Part shown: positions 31,353-46,462 of the stretch, piece after piece | Position numbering within the stretch: position 1 is the first letter of the stretch | Layout of the letters: each line of letters begins with the position of its first letter | Assembly: GCF_009914755.1 (NCBI RefSeq) | Contig: NC_060930.1 | Length of the DNA: 64,000 nt | Strand: one strand, 5' to 3' | Origin: the human T2T-CHM13v2.0 reference genome, Homo sapiens | Program-made: the position numbers and the translations under genes | The notes under the pieces: generated by a model | The model's database searches: none | The model's input: only the letters and a program-made list of their open reading frames with translations | Told to the model about the DNA's origin: nothing

Positions 31353-31809
31353 AGTTGGTTTCCTTCCGTTTATCCATATCAGAGGCCCTCCCTTCCCTTC
31401 CCAGCTGTACCAGAATTAATAATAATGCCAAATACTTACCAGCATCCTTGTCTTCAGTGTCCAGAGCTTTTATCTTTTTTAAGAAAATATTTATTCAGGA
31501 ATAGACATTGCAATGGGAATATGCCCGCCATAGTAAACTATGTGCGTATACAGGGAGGTAAAGGATGACAAAGGTGTTTAAAGGAAAAATGAGGAGGATT
31601 TCATCATTGTTTTGAGACAATGATCCTTGAGTAAAGGATCAGTAACAAGGGCGGTGCCAGTTTAAGTTAGACAGGCAAGCAGGGGCTGGGCAGATGTCCT
31701 CACAGGAGTACTATTTTGTGTAAGGTTGCAATGGCTTGTGAGTTGCAATGGCTTGTGAACAAGTTGGTGCCTTTTGCAGAGTCTCATGTGATAGTTCTCT
31801 CTCTATATA

Positions 31810-32185
31810 TAATTTCAACTATTACTTTAGACTAAAGGGGTACATGTGCAGGTTTGTTACCTGGGCATATTGCATGATGCTGAGGTTTGGGGTCAACTGA
31901 TCCCATCACCCGGGTACTGAGTATAGTAGCCAACAGTTTTCAACCCTTTACCTTCCCTCCCTCTCCTGCCTTGCAGTCCCCAGTATCTGTTGTTACCGTC
32001 TGGACGTCCATGAGTACCCAGTGTTTAGCTCCCGCTTACAAGTGAGAACATATGGCATTTGGTTTTCTGTTCCTGCATTAACTCGTTTGGGATAATAGCC
32101 TTCAGCTATGTCCATGTTGCAACAAAGGACATGATTTTGTTCTTTTTTATGGTTGTGTAGTGTTCCGTGGTGTATATGGACCACA
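31810..32185 (-). mobile_element. L1PA/PB 3' end
   Basis: ggggtacatgtgcaggtttgttac...caagtgagaacatatggcatttggttttctgttcctg. Confidence 0.88.
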
Positions 32186-32372
32186 AGAACTTTTAAAATC
32201 CTATTTAACTATTAGAAATTTCACATGAGAGTGTAGAGAGCAGTATGCCATATTGTTGTGGTGCAGTATTTTTTGGCAAAAGCCACTTTTCATGGCTTAT
32301 TGTGGCTCGGCCATAATGCCAAAGATTGGGGAGTCTGCAAAAGTTTAGTCTGGTCATCGCTTGCCTTAGTAA

Positions 32373-32742
<370 letters not shown>

Positions 32743-33229
32743 ACCCTCCCCAGACTGGTTTCTGATTGCAGTTATCCTCTCCTGGCTCCAGCAGAAGGAG
32801 GTGCAGAGCAAGGCCCTGCCCTCTCTGGAGTGTCTGTATCCTCACACAGCTCGGCATTGCTCTGTGCCCAGCAGGAACAGCACAGGGCTGGGCAAGACAG
32901 TCCAACTGGGGCACAGAATCTGTTGTCCAAAGGGCATGTTATGTTGCCTATGGTTGGCACTGGGGGCTCTTACAAGGTGTCAGAATAAACAGGTGGAACC
33001 CAGCCATGTAGAATTCGGGGCGAGGCACTATTTAGGAATCAGGCAGAAGGTCAGAACATACAGTGAGGTCTGTCCATGGGTGGCAGAGTCCTCATCATTG
33101 ATTGGCATTTGGAGTCTTGCTTCAAGAACTAGGATGGAACTGGGGAAAGTAAGATTGGGTCTCAAACTTGGGGATCAGGATCACTGGAGAGGTGATCAAT
33201 TTGTATTTTGTTAATCATTATAACATTTA

Positions 33230-33591
<362 letters not shown>

Positions 33592-34517
33592 TTATTTAGT
33601 TTACCTAAAGCAATGCTTGATTTCCGTTTGTTTTCACAAACTCCTTTCAGTAGGGATGGCAGGTACTGCCCAGAGCTTATAAGTCTGAGAATTTGGTTGA
33701 GGACCCTAAACATTCCAGCTTTCATTTGAGAAGACCATAGTTTCTGCCAAAAGTAATCTCTGTGACTCTCTTGCCCGGACCTTAATAAAAGGAGTCATTC
33801 AGTACATGTAAAATGAATAAGTAACAGACTATTCGCAGTTCCCATATTCATCAGTCATCACTGTTAATTAGCCATCGCTGTTATTAATGGAACAGTAAGC
33901 TCAATTGCTATGTCCATAGGAAAGTTATTTAACTTTAATGATAGAAAAGGGCTTTTCATAAGAATTCAACAAAATAAGGATCTATGATTCTTTGTGATTC
34001 TAAATTCCAGGTATGAAGTGACAAGTGAATCAGAGCAGCAGTTAACCTAGAGTTTGGAGACTTCTATTTGATCTTTTCATTATGTATGAGGAGAAGCAGT
34101 GCCAGCAATCTGATGATCAGCGCTGTACTAACTGTGGCCATTCCTGATGTCATGTCAGAGTATTGTATAGAACTGTGGAATTTTAGCACAGAAATAAGCT
34201 TTGCATTACTTGAATTCATCAGACCTTTACCTAGCACATAGAAAACATTCATTATACTTTGATAAATGAAAATTTCTGGCAAATATCATTAGGCCATTTG
34301 ACCAGACGTCAAATTAATTTCAGAGAAACCAGTCTGTTTCCACCTTAGCAGCCATATAGATTTCGTCCCTGTTTTGGTTCTGATAGTTGCTGAGGAGTCT
34401 CCAGGCTTTTTGTAATTTCTGTAAGAATCAAAGATACAGTGGAACACCATGCAAATAAGTCTCATCCTCTTGGGGTGAGGGTGAAGTCCTAAACTCGGAA
34501 TTAATACTAATAATTAC

Positions 34518-34865
<348 letters not shown>

Positions 34866-35247
34866 TCAGCTATGTTAGTTGCATCCAAGTATGTATATTT
34901 CAACTCCATAGCCACTTTTCCAGTGATTACTTCCTTTATACTGAGGAACTTGGGGCCTTGGCGAGCCTGACTCAGGGCTACAAGGCTGCTTAATTCAGAG
35001 CCAAGACTAAAGCTTAGCCTTCTCAACCCAACTCCAGTCCTTTCCTCGCCATAACGTTAAAGAGTGGTTTGTTGAGCTAATTCTGTAGAAAAGAATTTGT
35101 TTCAACAAAAACTTAAACAGGATAACTGAGGATCCAGTATAGAGCTGGAATGGTATAGAGAGGCCTGGATGGGAGTCAGAAGATATGAATACTAATTATT
35201 TCTGTCATCAGCCTCATGGCCTTGAACCATTTACCTACTTTAAACAT

Positions 35248-35555
35248 GGTCATGCATCCTTTAGCAAGGACAGGAACATGTTCTGAGAAATGCATTGTTA
35301 GGCAATTTTGTCATTATGTGACCATCATAGAGTGTACTTACACACCTAGGCTAGATGGTATAGCCTATTGCTCCAAGGCTACATACCTGCACCGTGTGTA
35401 TTGAATACTGTAAGCAGCTGTCATAACAGAGTAGTATTTGTGTATCTAAACATAGAAAAAGTGCAATAAAAGTATGCTATTATAATCTTATGGGACCAAT
35501 GTCTTATATGCAGTTCATGGTTGACCAAAACATCATTTTGTGGTGCAGGACTCTG
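35248..35555. mobile_element. Tigger3/MER7-type DNA transposon relic
   Basis: gttctgagaaatgcattgttaggcaattttgtcatt...ttataatcttatgggacca. Confidence 0.8.
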
Positions 35556-35670
35556 TCTCTTCCTCTGTGAAATAAAAATAATACTGACCTACTTACCTAA
35601 TTTGAGCTGTTTCGATGATCAAGTGAAAAAATGTTTTGTGAAAACACTTTGAAAATTATAAGGTATTATT

Positions 35671-35969
<299 letters not shown>

Positions 35970-36432
35970 TTATTTATTGCACTTTGCAATCTGACTATGT
36001 GATGATCTGACCAAAGAGGCTTATTCTCCTCTTAATTCATGTAAGGAAGCTCTGAAACTAAAGTTCACATCTGGGTAACCTGTACATATAAAATTTGGGA
36101 ATAATCCATGGTTCTGAATAAAAAGAGTATTTAAGATCAAAATATTCTAAATCAATAGATTTTCTAACAGAGAAATAATAATTTATAATGTACATCTATT
36201 TTAAAATAAAGATAGGCAACAATGTAACAGAAGAATAAATACTCCAAAGTGAAATAAAACTAGACTGAGGGAATAAAGTAAAATTTATGATAGTCTCATT
36301 AAAGGTTGCTACATGCTTGAAACATAAAAGATACAAGGGATATTTGTTAAAAATGAATATTGTGGTGGCCATTTGCTTGTTTTTGACTGGAGTGTTTTAT
36401 TTAGGGAAAACTTCTTTCTTTTTCCTTGACAG

Positions 36433-36540
36433 ATATTGACGGCTTAGAGAGCAGTGCCATTGGTGGCCAGCTGATGGCCTCGGCTGCTACAGAGTCTCCT
36501 TTCGCCCAGAGCAGGAGAATTGATGACTCCACAGTGGCAG
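36433..36540 (+). CDS. ARFGEF3: ARFGEF3 coding exon (~15), 108 nt, phase 1-1
   Basis: ccttgacag|AT ATT GAC; DIDGLESSAIGG...DDSTVA; donor GCA G|GTAATG. Confidence 0.95.
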
Positions 36541-36655
36541 GTAATGACTTGGGTCTTGAGTTTATGAACATCCATACACTGCATGTGTTACCAGCAATTA
36601 CATTGTTATGTGGTGACTTGAATCAGGATTTTGTCTTGGTTAGAAAAAGTAATTG

Positions 36656-36965
36656 GGCCGGGCCCGGTGGCTCACGCCTGTAATCCCAGCACTTTGGGAG
36701 GCCGAGGCGGGCAGATCACGAGGTCAGGAGATCCAGACCATCCTGGCTAACACGGTGAAACCACGTCTCTACTAAAAATACAAAAAATTAGCCGGGTGTG
36801 GTGGTGGGCACCTGTAGTCCCAGCTACTCAGGAGGCTGAGGCAAGAGAATGGCATGAACCCGGGAGGCGGAGCTTTCAGTGAGCCGAGATTGCGCCACTG
36901 CACTCCAGCCTGGGTGACAGAACGAGACTCCGTCTCAAAAAAAAAAAAAAAAAGAAAAAGAAAAA
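36656..36965 (+). mobile_element. AluY-like
   Basis: TSD agaaaaagtaattg. Confidence 0.93.
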
Positions 36966-37187
36966 GTAATTGATGGAAGTTACTTAGCATCATTCAGCTG
37001 ATAATGCAACATTTATTATTTATAAGAACAAAGTGAAACATAATCCCATATAATCCATTGTTATATTTCCTGTTGTAGAATTGCATGCAACTGAGTACTG
37101 CTCATTTGATAGCAAGAGAATGTGATGTCATTCATTGCCAGGTTGTTTTTGTCTCTAGAAAATGACACACACCCCTCCATGTTCCAG

Positions 37188-37403
37188 GCGTGGCATTTGC
37201 TCGCTATATTCTGGTGGGCTGCTGGAAGAACTTGATCGATACTTTATCAACCCCACTGACTGGTCGAATGGCGGGGAGCTCCAAAGGGCTGGCCTTCATT
37301 CTGGGAGCTGAAGGCATCAAAGAGCAGAACCAGAAGGAGCGGGACGCCATCTGCATGAGCCTCGACGGGCTGCGGAAAGCCGCACGGCTGAGCTGCGCTC
37401 TAG
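37188..37403 (+). CDS. ARFGEF3: ARFGEF3 coding exon (~16), 216 nt, phase 1-1
   Basis: gttccag|GC GTG GCA; VAFARYILVGCW...ARLSCAL; donor CTA G|GTACCA. Confidence 0.95.
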
Positions 37404-37560
37404 GTACCAGCGGGAGTAGTGTTCCCTGGCCGTGGTCCTGCAGAACTCACTGGGAATGACCCAGCAGGGTGGGGCAGGGGGACCCTTTAGAAGGGGTTCT
37501 GCTAGGTGAATGGTTAGAGGATATACTCAGTCAAGAAGTCATTGTGTGTCTCCTCTGAAG

Positions 37561-37671
37561 GTGTTGCTGCTAACTGCGCCTCAGCCCTTGCCCAGATGGC
37601 AGCTGCCTCCTGTGTCCAAGAAGAAAAAGAAGAGAGGGAGGCCCAAGAACCCAGTGATGCCATCACACAAG
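37561..37671 (+). CDS. ARFGEF3: ARFGEF3 coding exon (~17), 111 nt, phase 1-1
   Basis: tcctctgaag|GT GTT GCT; VAANCASALAQM...SDAITQ; donor CAA G|GTAACA. Confidence 0.95.
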
Positions 37672-38588
37672 GTAACAACTGGAGGGCCAGAACCCACCTG
37701 GTGCCTTGGGTGCAGTATGCACACACCTGCACAGGCCTACACACGCCAGCCAACACTCGTGCCTGTTCTGTGTGTGATGCCCGGTATGTATACACCACTG
37801 ATCACGAGATCCCATTGAGCCACAGGCTTGGGTCTCTTCCATGTAGGTGACCTACAGAAGATCTCTCTGGAGAATGAGAGACATACTGACCCCTGGTGGC
37901 AAGGAAAGTGCAGCAGGCCCAGGGGGACCCACCTGGCTGAACTGTTCACACCTGTCATCTAGTCACTGGCTTTGGCACTTCACACAAGTGCACACTTGAA
38001 GACCCTTCGGGTTATAGTGGGGAAGGCAGATTGGCCAGTTTTCTAAAGGGGAAATTAAGCAGACGAAGAAAATTCATGAGGGGAGGCTCAGGAAGAAGAG
38101 GCTCTTATCAGAGAAAAATCTGAGCTTTGTGAACTCGAGAAATGGCTGATTTTTAACTTGATGAAATCAGTGAGTCGGTGAAGCTGATGATTATCTGGAT
38201 CTAAGGGAAAAGAATGACCATCCTGGTAGCAACAGAAGATACAAGGCAGGCAGCAAACAAAAGGAAAAATGCCAGCTTGGTCCAAATTGTGTAACTACTA
38301 TCAGATATGTACAGTAACAAGTCACTGAGTCAGCTGTACATTTTTAGCTGAGAAACACAATTTAGGTCCGTGTTTCTCAGACTTGAATAAAATTTAGAGA
38401 CCCATTTGAAAACAAAATCGCTCTCACAGATCCCCAGCGTTAACTGAAAAAGGAGTCTCACAATTTTACTTAAGTATTTTACAACCATGAACTACATAAA
38501 AATCCTTACATTCACAGTTCTTTAAAAAAAAAAACCACAAAACCAAGACCACGATATTCAGATTAAAAACAAATAAAAAATAAGATTA

Positions 38589-39188
<600 letters not shown>

Positions 39189-39444
39189 TTAGTATCACAT
39201 TTATGAGACAAATGATGTTTTGCTAAAAATCACTTTGCTCCTTACATTAGGAGATGGTTTGGATTCCTTTGAAATATGGCTTGCTATATTTCTGGGTTCT
39301 GGACCATCACTTAGTTATCCTACCACATGCAATGACTTGAAACCTTTGTTCAAGGAGGACACTGTGGTTTGGCCTTGCCTTAGCATTTTGCATTACTGAC
39401 ATCTGAAGTCACCTTCTGCATTCTTTCTCATTAGTCATCTACAA

Positions 39445-39741
39445 TTTTTTTTTTCTTTTGAGACCGAGTTTCACTCTTGTTGCCCAGGCTGGAGAGCAAT
39501 GGCACCATCTCGGCTTACTGCAATCTCCGCCTCCCAGGTTCAAGCTATTCTCCTGCCCCAGCCTCCTGAGTAGCTGGGATTACAGGCATGTGCCACCATG
39601 CCCGGCTAATTTTGTATTTTCAGTAGAGACAGAGTTTCTCCATGTTGTTCAGGCTGGTCTCGAACTCCCAACCTCTGGTGATCCACCTGCCTTGGCCTCC
39701 CAATGTGCTGGGATTACAGATGTGAGCCACCACACCCAGGC
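39445..39741 (-). mobile_element. AluSp-like
   Basis: Reverse Alu; TSD tacaattttt. Confidence 0.9.
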
Positions 39742-40306
39742 TACAATTTTTTAAAGTATTATTTGGAGCTCACAAATACAAACTCAAGGGATGAAATGAA
39801 ATTGGTCATTTTCAGTGATAGAGCAGTCATTCTGGTGCTCAAAATATACGTAAATAAGTTGTTTTAGAGATGATGATCATAATGAGAGCCTAACATTACA
39901 ATAATCTCAGAGAAAACTTGCAGAAAGCCAGGAATTCTTCCATTTGACCAATTTTTGGGAAGGGTGAAAGGTCTGGGCCCAGATGGTTTTAGCTGGAATT
40001 GGCTCATGAAACCCATCCACACTGCTGTGCCTGACCCAGAGCCCATGAAAGGTCCTGGAAGGAATGGCACCTGCCAGCTCAGGATCCATCCCACTTCTGG
40101 AGCTGGAGAGCTGGGGCCACCAGCACGTGGGACCTGCTGGCTGGGTGGTTTGCATGATGGTCCGCAAGGACCTACTGTGGAGGTGCTTGCTGCCACTGAA
40201 GTCTGTCCTTTCCCTTTTGCCCTTGCATGACACACATTCTTTCATTTTCATTCTTTCTGTCTCCCTTACTCAACCTGTTATTTTAATAAATGTCTTTCTG
40301 GCACAG

Positions 40307-40457
40307 TGAAACTAAAAGTGGAGCAGAAACTGGAGCAGATTGGGAAGGTGCAGGGGGTGTGGCTGCACACTGCCCACGTCTTGTGCATGGAGGCCATCCT
40401 CAGCGTAGGCCTGGAGATGGGAAGCCACAACCCGGACTGCTGGCCACACGTGTTCAG
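40307..40457 (+). CDS. ARFGEF3: ARFGEF3 coding exon (~18), 151 nt
   Basis: ggcacag|TG AAA CTA; KLKVEQKLEQIG...WPHVF; donor AG|GTGCAT. Confidence 0.95.
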
Positions 40458-42221
40458 GTGCATGACGGGCTCCCACCCCCAGATGGCACTAACCCTGCCT
40501 TGGGAAACCTGGAGTGGGCTGTGGCAGGTGGAGAGGGGTGGCCTTAAGAGCCTGCCAGCATGTAAATCAATTATAACAATTCACAGAGTTTGATTAAACT
40601 TCAAATGAGACGTGAAAAGAGAAGAGGGAATAAGGGCCCAACTGAATGTATGTTTTGAAGAACGGGGGACAGAACTGGGTCTGAGGAATTGTGACTTTTC
40701 TATTGACATTTTTATGAGAGAAGGAAGGAAGAAAAACCAATTAAATAATTGATTGAGATGACTAAGTGAATACTGTGCAAATCTAAAACTGGTCATGTCT
40801 CCTCAATATTACATTGCTATATGTTTATCAATGTCCTCTTTACTTAAAGAAGGATTTCAGATAGCTTATTTGCATACATAAAATACAAGATACCTACTTT
40901 TAATTTAGCTAGACTGAAACAAAACAAAACAAAACAAAAAATCGTACACCTCTGCCAAAGACAGGCCAAAAATTTGGCTCTAAGCATTGTAGCATCAAAG
41001 TGAAAAGAAACTCCCAGTGAGTTATATAGTGCACAGTGCCTGTAAGATGAAAACCAGCAATAGCTCCAGAGTCCAAGTCCTCTTACAACTAAGACTGAAA
41101 GCACGTCTCCCCAAGCATTGCATCAGGACAGACCCAGTACCGTGGAAGGAGCACTGCCCATGGAACAGGGCGGGGGCTGGCCACACTGTTCCTTCTCCTT
41201 CTCTGCAGCACATGCCTCACACTCACTCCAAACCCAGGTCTAGGCAGAGCAGGCATGGGGCAAGAGTGGCCAGGGCAATGGCCAATGGCCCAGGGCACCA
41301 GCCAGAGCTGGGTTCAGTTTCACGTCTTCAAAGCAAATATAGCCATGAGTGTTTGTTGAGCAAAATGGTTCTATTATGAAGGCTGCTGACCTGCTGCTCT
41401 TTATTGCTCTAACAAGAAAAGAAAAGAAAAAAGAAAATAAAAAGGCTCTCCTGGTACACAAGCAGCGGGTAAGGGATTGAAAAATTCCTTGATTCTAGAA
41501 CATCAGAGTGGATTATCCATGATGCTCTTTACCAGTAAACAGACTTACTCCGAGATGAGGGACCTTGCGAACCATCTTCGTCCCAGGTTCTGTTGGGAAC
41601 AAACCATTTAGGAGTTGGCAGTTGTAGCACATGTGGTGACCCTTCTCTGTGTCTGCCATAATTCGGTGACTGCCCTCCCACCCGGCCGCCACCCACCCCA
41701 CCCAGACTTGAGTTATGTGGCGCCGTCGGGACCAGGCAGGACGTGGCTGGGCAGAACCCACTGTGGCTAGTTGGCCTCTCCGTCATAGGTATAGCCATTC
41801 TGGGATCCCATCGTAGGGAAACGCTTCCCAACTCCTAATCAGAGCACTATATGGAGGGAAAGAGGGTGCCTGGGGAAAAATGGCTCAAACAGCAGGAGGG
41901 CAGATAAGCCAGTAAGCCGGATGAGGCAGGGGGACTGGATGAACTGGGCTTCATTGCCCGTCTTTCTCCCAGCCTGGGGTGGGAGAACCCAAATAATCCT
42001 TTACCCATTTCAAGGCTGTCTGGTCCAACTCAAATACTACTAATAATAATGCTGTGTGACATGAGAACACAGGAGGGAAGGACTGACTGTCATCACAGGA
42101 AAGAGGAAAGCTGGGGAGCTTGCAGAGCTGGCTGCATTTCCTTTGTCTGGCACTGTGGGGTTTATGGAGCTGCCGGGGTGAGCTGCAGCGCCTAACAGCT
42201 GCTTGTCTGTGCTCTTTCTAG

Positions 42222-42542
42222 GGTGTGTGAATACGTGGGCACCCTGGAGCACAACCACTTCAGCGATGGTGCCTCGCAGCCCCCTCTGACCATCAGCCAG
42301 CCCCAGAAGGCCACTGGAAGCGCTGGCCTCCTTGGGGACCCCGAGTGTGAGGGCTCGCCCCCCGAGCACAGCCCGGAGCAGGGGCGCTCCCTGAGCACGG
42401 CCCCTGTCGTCCAGCCCCTGTCCATCCAGGACCTCGTCCGGGAAGGCAGCCGGGGTCGGGCCTCCGACTTCCGCGGCGGGAGCCTCATGAGCGGGAGCAG
42501 CGCGGCCAAGGTGGTGCTCACCCTCTCCACGCAAGCCGACAG
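42222..42542 (+). CDS. ARFGEF3: ARFGEF3 coding exon (~19), 321 nt, phase 2-2
   Basis: ctctttctag|G GTG TGT; VCEYVGTLEHNH...LSTQAD; donor AG|GTGCGC. Confidence 0.95.
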
Positions 42543-42600
42543 GTGCGCGGCGCCGGCCTCCCACGCCCCGGGAGCCTGCTTACCAGGCGACACCCACATC
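42300..42600. promoter_or_regulatory. Small intragenic CpG-rich island over exon ~19 and its donor
   Basis: About 28 CpG in 300 bp by manual count, very GC-rich. Confidence 0.6.
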
Positions 42601-44478
42601 CATCTGGTTTCAGTCATGCCAGGGACGACCCATTTGTTAGCCAATCACTTAAATCTCTTCCATCTTTTTCAAGCTTAGTTCTCTCTACCATTACATCCAT
42701 ACTTGGAATGAAACGTTTTCTACTAACACTGGAGGGTCTGAGGTAGGCCACCTGGGGTCAAAGCGCTGCGCTTACTCTGGGATCTCAGGCAACCTCACCT
42801 CCCTGGGCCCTGCCTGGCTTCTCCATTGGTAAAATAGGGTCATTTTTTAAAAGTAATTCTGTCACCGTGTAGTTGTGAGGGTAAATTAATTAGTAACTTG
42901 ATGCACCTGGAGCGGAGCTTGGAAAATGGTAAAAATCCTCTATTATGATTATGGCTGTTTTCAAAAATCCCACATGCATGTGTTACTTATTGATGCCCAA
43001 CAACCATGCGAGGGTGAAGAGGGAAAATCACCAATCGCCTCAACTGTTTGGTGGTACTTCCTGAGGTTGAAAGTGCTTTTGGTCACCAATCACACACAGT
43101 TCCACCTCACTTACCTCTTCAGTGTTTGGTCACTGTGTCCCAGACCCCCGGCACGGGCACAGGGAGGACCGTCAGGAAGGGGACAGGAGTGGGAGGAGCA
43201 CTCCCTGGGCCAGGACTCAGATTGACCTGAGTTCCTGTCCTGACTTTGCACTCCCCAGCTGCCGGGTCATGTCTGTAGACATAGCTGCACTGAGGCTCAA
43301 TTTCTCCAACTACTAACCCACTACCATAATTGCTTTTTGCTGCTTATCCAAGTTGGCTGTGAAAATGTTTTAGAATCTGGAAAGTAATATACAGGTGTCA
43401 GGTGGAATATAATATTCATCACTGTTTTCTTACTAGGAAGGAGGGAGGAGAAATGGTCAATAGGACCCAGAAACCAAATGGTATCAAAATTGGAAGTTAC
43501 AAAATAGCAAGAAAAATATATTTGTTTCAATAATTTATAAACGTTTAATCCGCTAATTCCCATCTTAAAACTTGCGTGTCTCATTTTTCTCTTTCAAGAA
43601 GGACTCATGATTCCATTTCTATTAGAGACCCTCTCCCTGAAGCAGCTCATGGTGCCCCCACAGCACTGTTTGCCCTGCAGTGTCACTAGGCTTGGAGGGC
43701 AGATAGCAGGGTGACCCAAGAGCCATGGAAGGCTCACCTGGCACATTGCTCGTTGTGGCCTCATAAAACAGATATTTGATCTTTACCATTCTTCATTCCC
43801 GTGACCTTCAAATCCTCCCCTAAATTCTGCTACTGTGCTCCCCGCCTTCCTAAATCCTTCTGCTGGCAAGGTCTGTGCCCAGCTGAGTGGGAAAGAAAAA
43901 GAACCTGTAAGACCCATCATATTGGGGAACATTCTTTCTTCCAAATAGATACTTGAGTTCCCATCACATCCAGGCCTTTGGGTGTGTATGAGGCCAGTCC
44001 CCGCCCTGGAGGGGGGCTTACAGGATCTACTCTTAGCTGTTTTTGTATCTTTTCCAGCATTATACTCATAAATTATAGACAAACAAAACCTTATTCATTA
44101 ATTTACTGGGGTTTTTTGACATCATTTATGAAATTGAAGCTAATTCTGAAGATTCCATTCCCAGTTACTCAGTTTCTGGGAACAACGCCTTGCCATCTTT
44201 CAGCTTCTTGCCAAGCATTTTATGAGTGCCTACCATAGCGGAGCTAGACCATGAGGGCACAAAGATATTTTTAAATATATTCTTTGTGCCTTTGAATTAA
44301 AATCTCACAGTTAGAGCAGACTTGTACACAGTTAGAATAGATAGAATACCATACATTTGTCTACAGTGTTTACACAGCATTTCCATTAATCACATCAACA
44401 AAATTACCATAATCATTCTGCCATAAAGACCTTGCTGAATTGTTTCCAAAGAACACATCTCTTTCTGTTTGCATCCAG

Positions 44479-44612
44479 GCTCTTTGAAGATGCTACGGAT
44501 AAGTTGAACCTCATGGCCTTGGGAGGTTTTCTTTACCAGCTGAAGAAAGCATCGCAGTCTCAGCTTTTCCATTCTGTTACAGATACAGTTGATTACTCTC
44601 TGGCAATGCCAG
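44479..44612 (+). CDS. ARFGEF3: ARFGEF3 coding exon (~20), 134 nt
   Basis: gcatccag|G CTC TTT; LFEDATDKLN...SLAMP; donor CCA G|GTAATT. Confidence 0.95.
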
Positions 44613-45823
44613 GTAATTCTTTCCCTGAATAAACCATATGCCAGGAAGTTAGCAGGAAACAGCCCAGGCCTCTATCACCAGCAGCGTGCCTGAAGATTTG
44701 ACTCCACATTCCCATTGCTTACACTCACACAAGCTAAGCCCAAGTATAGATTTGTCTCCAGATTTTGAGGCATCCTGTGTGAGGGGTGGTGTAACTCTTT
44801 GTGAATGGAAACGTTGCTGCTACCACATCTATAAGAACTCCCACTGGAGCTGGACTAGGTTGTTCTGCTAAGTTTTGTGCTTGTGGTAGAAATTGTGTGG
44901 CTCCTTAGGGTGCAGATAGCTTCCTTCACATGAGGGTGGAGCTTTTCTGCGTATCACAAACCACACCACACACCTCTGTCCAGCCAGTGGGACAGAGGTG
45001 GTTTGTGATATGCAGAAGCAACCACTAATTCCAAAAGGGGTGGTGAAAGAGGAAACTGCCTACCACTCTTGCAAAACTGATCTCAGAGGCATATCCCATT
45101 AATGATGGGTCAGTATCCCTGTTGTCTCCAATGAGGCCAGGTGAAGAAATAAGGCCCTCTTGAAGGCCAGTCTTGTGGAAGACAAAGTAGAGTTGTTCTG
45201 AATTGTCCAAGGGTCCCAAAGCGTTGGCAGGTTGCTCATAGATGGAATTGTTCATCAAGAGCACAAGTGGTTGTCCTGAAACAGTGAGCACCTTGTCCCA
45301 GATGAGTTCAGGCAGAGACCGGGAGCCATGTGCTGGGGATGCACCTTAGTGACATGTTGGACTGCATAACCTCTGAGGTCCCTTCTATCCTTAGGAATCT
45401 AAAGTTCTAAGTGTAGTATATTTGATTTTTTCACCCTTGCTGCAGATTTAGATTTGAGAACCACAGTTGTTTCCCCACTAGTTTTTAATAGACTTTAAAA
45501 CCTGAGCTATATAAAGCCAACCTCCCAGGCCCATAAGACTTTCAGAGAATCTCTGAGCCTGGGGGTAACCTTCAAAGTCTTTCGCATTGGAGAAAACAGT
45601 AGACTCTGAGCTTACAAAGAACACAATGAGCAGGGGCCAGGAAGGGTCGGTAAATCTAGAAAGAGGGAGACTTACTTCGGAATCAATCAGGTAGGAATAT
45701 AAAATGCAGCCTCCAACACTCACCAGCCACAGCATCTGAGGCAAGTCATATCACCTTTCAGACATTCAATTTTCTACTCTGTAAAATAGCAATAATTATA
45801 TTTTCTTCTTAAAAGAAAATATA

Positions 45824-46158
<335 letters not shown>

Positions 46159-46225
46159 TTAAAGTTATTAAAGACTTACAGAACCAACACAGTGTCTGAT
46201 GCAGGGTAAACATCCATGATTATTA

Positions 46226-46462
46226 CAGGTTGAGTATCCCTAATCCAAAAATCCAAAATCCAAAACTTTTTAAGCACTGGCATGATGCCACAAGTGGAAA
46301 GTTCCACACCTGACCTCATGTGATAGGTCACACTGGAAATGCAGGCATGCAACACAGTTTATTGAGGGTCCCCAAGGGGTACAAAAATTGCCTTCAGGCT
46401 GTGTGTAAAGGTATATATGAAACAGGAATGAATTTTGTGTTTAGACTTGGGTCACATCCCCA
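46226..46462. mobile_element. Tigger4/MER46-type fragment
   Basis: ta|caggttgagtatccctaatccaaaaatcc terminus. Confidence 0.8.

Noticed and set aside
31460-31800. Possible ERV1/MER4-group LTR fragment with a 17-bp duplication (gttgcaatggcttgtga x2)
   Set aside because: Could not assign a family by eye; needs RepeatMasker
42040-42644. 174-aa and 150-aa antisense ORFs
   Set aside because: Shadow ORFs of a GC-rich ARFGEF3 exon; no independent support
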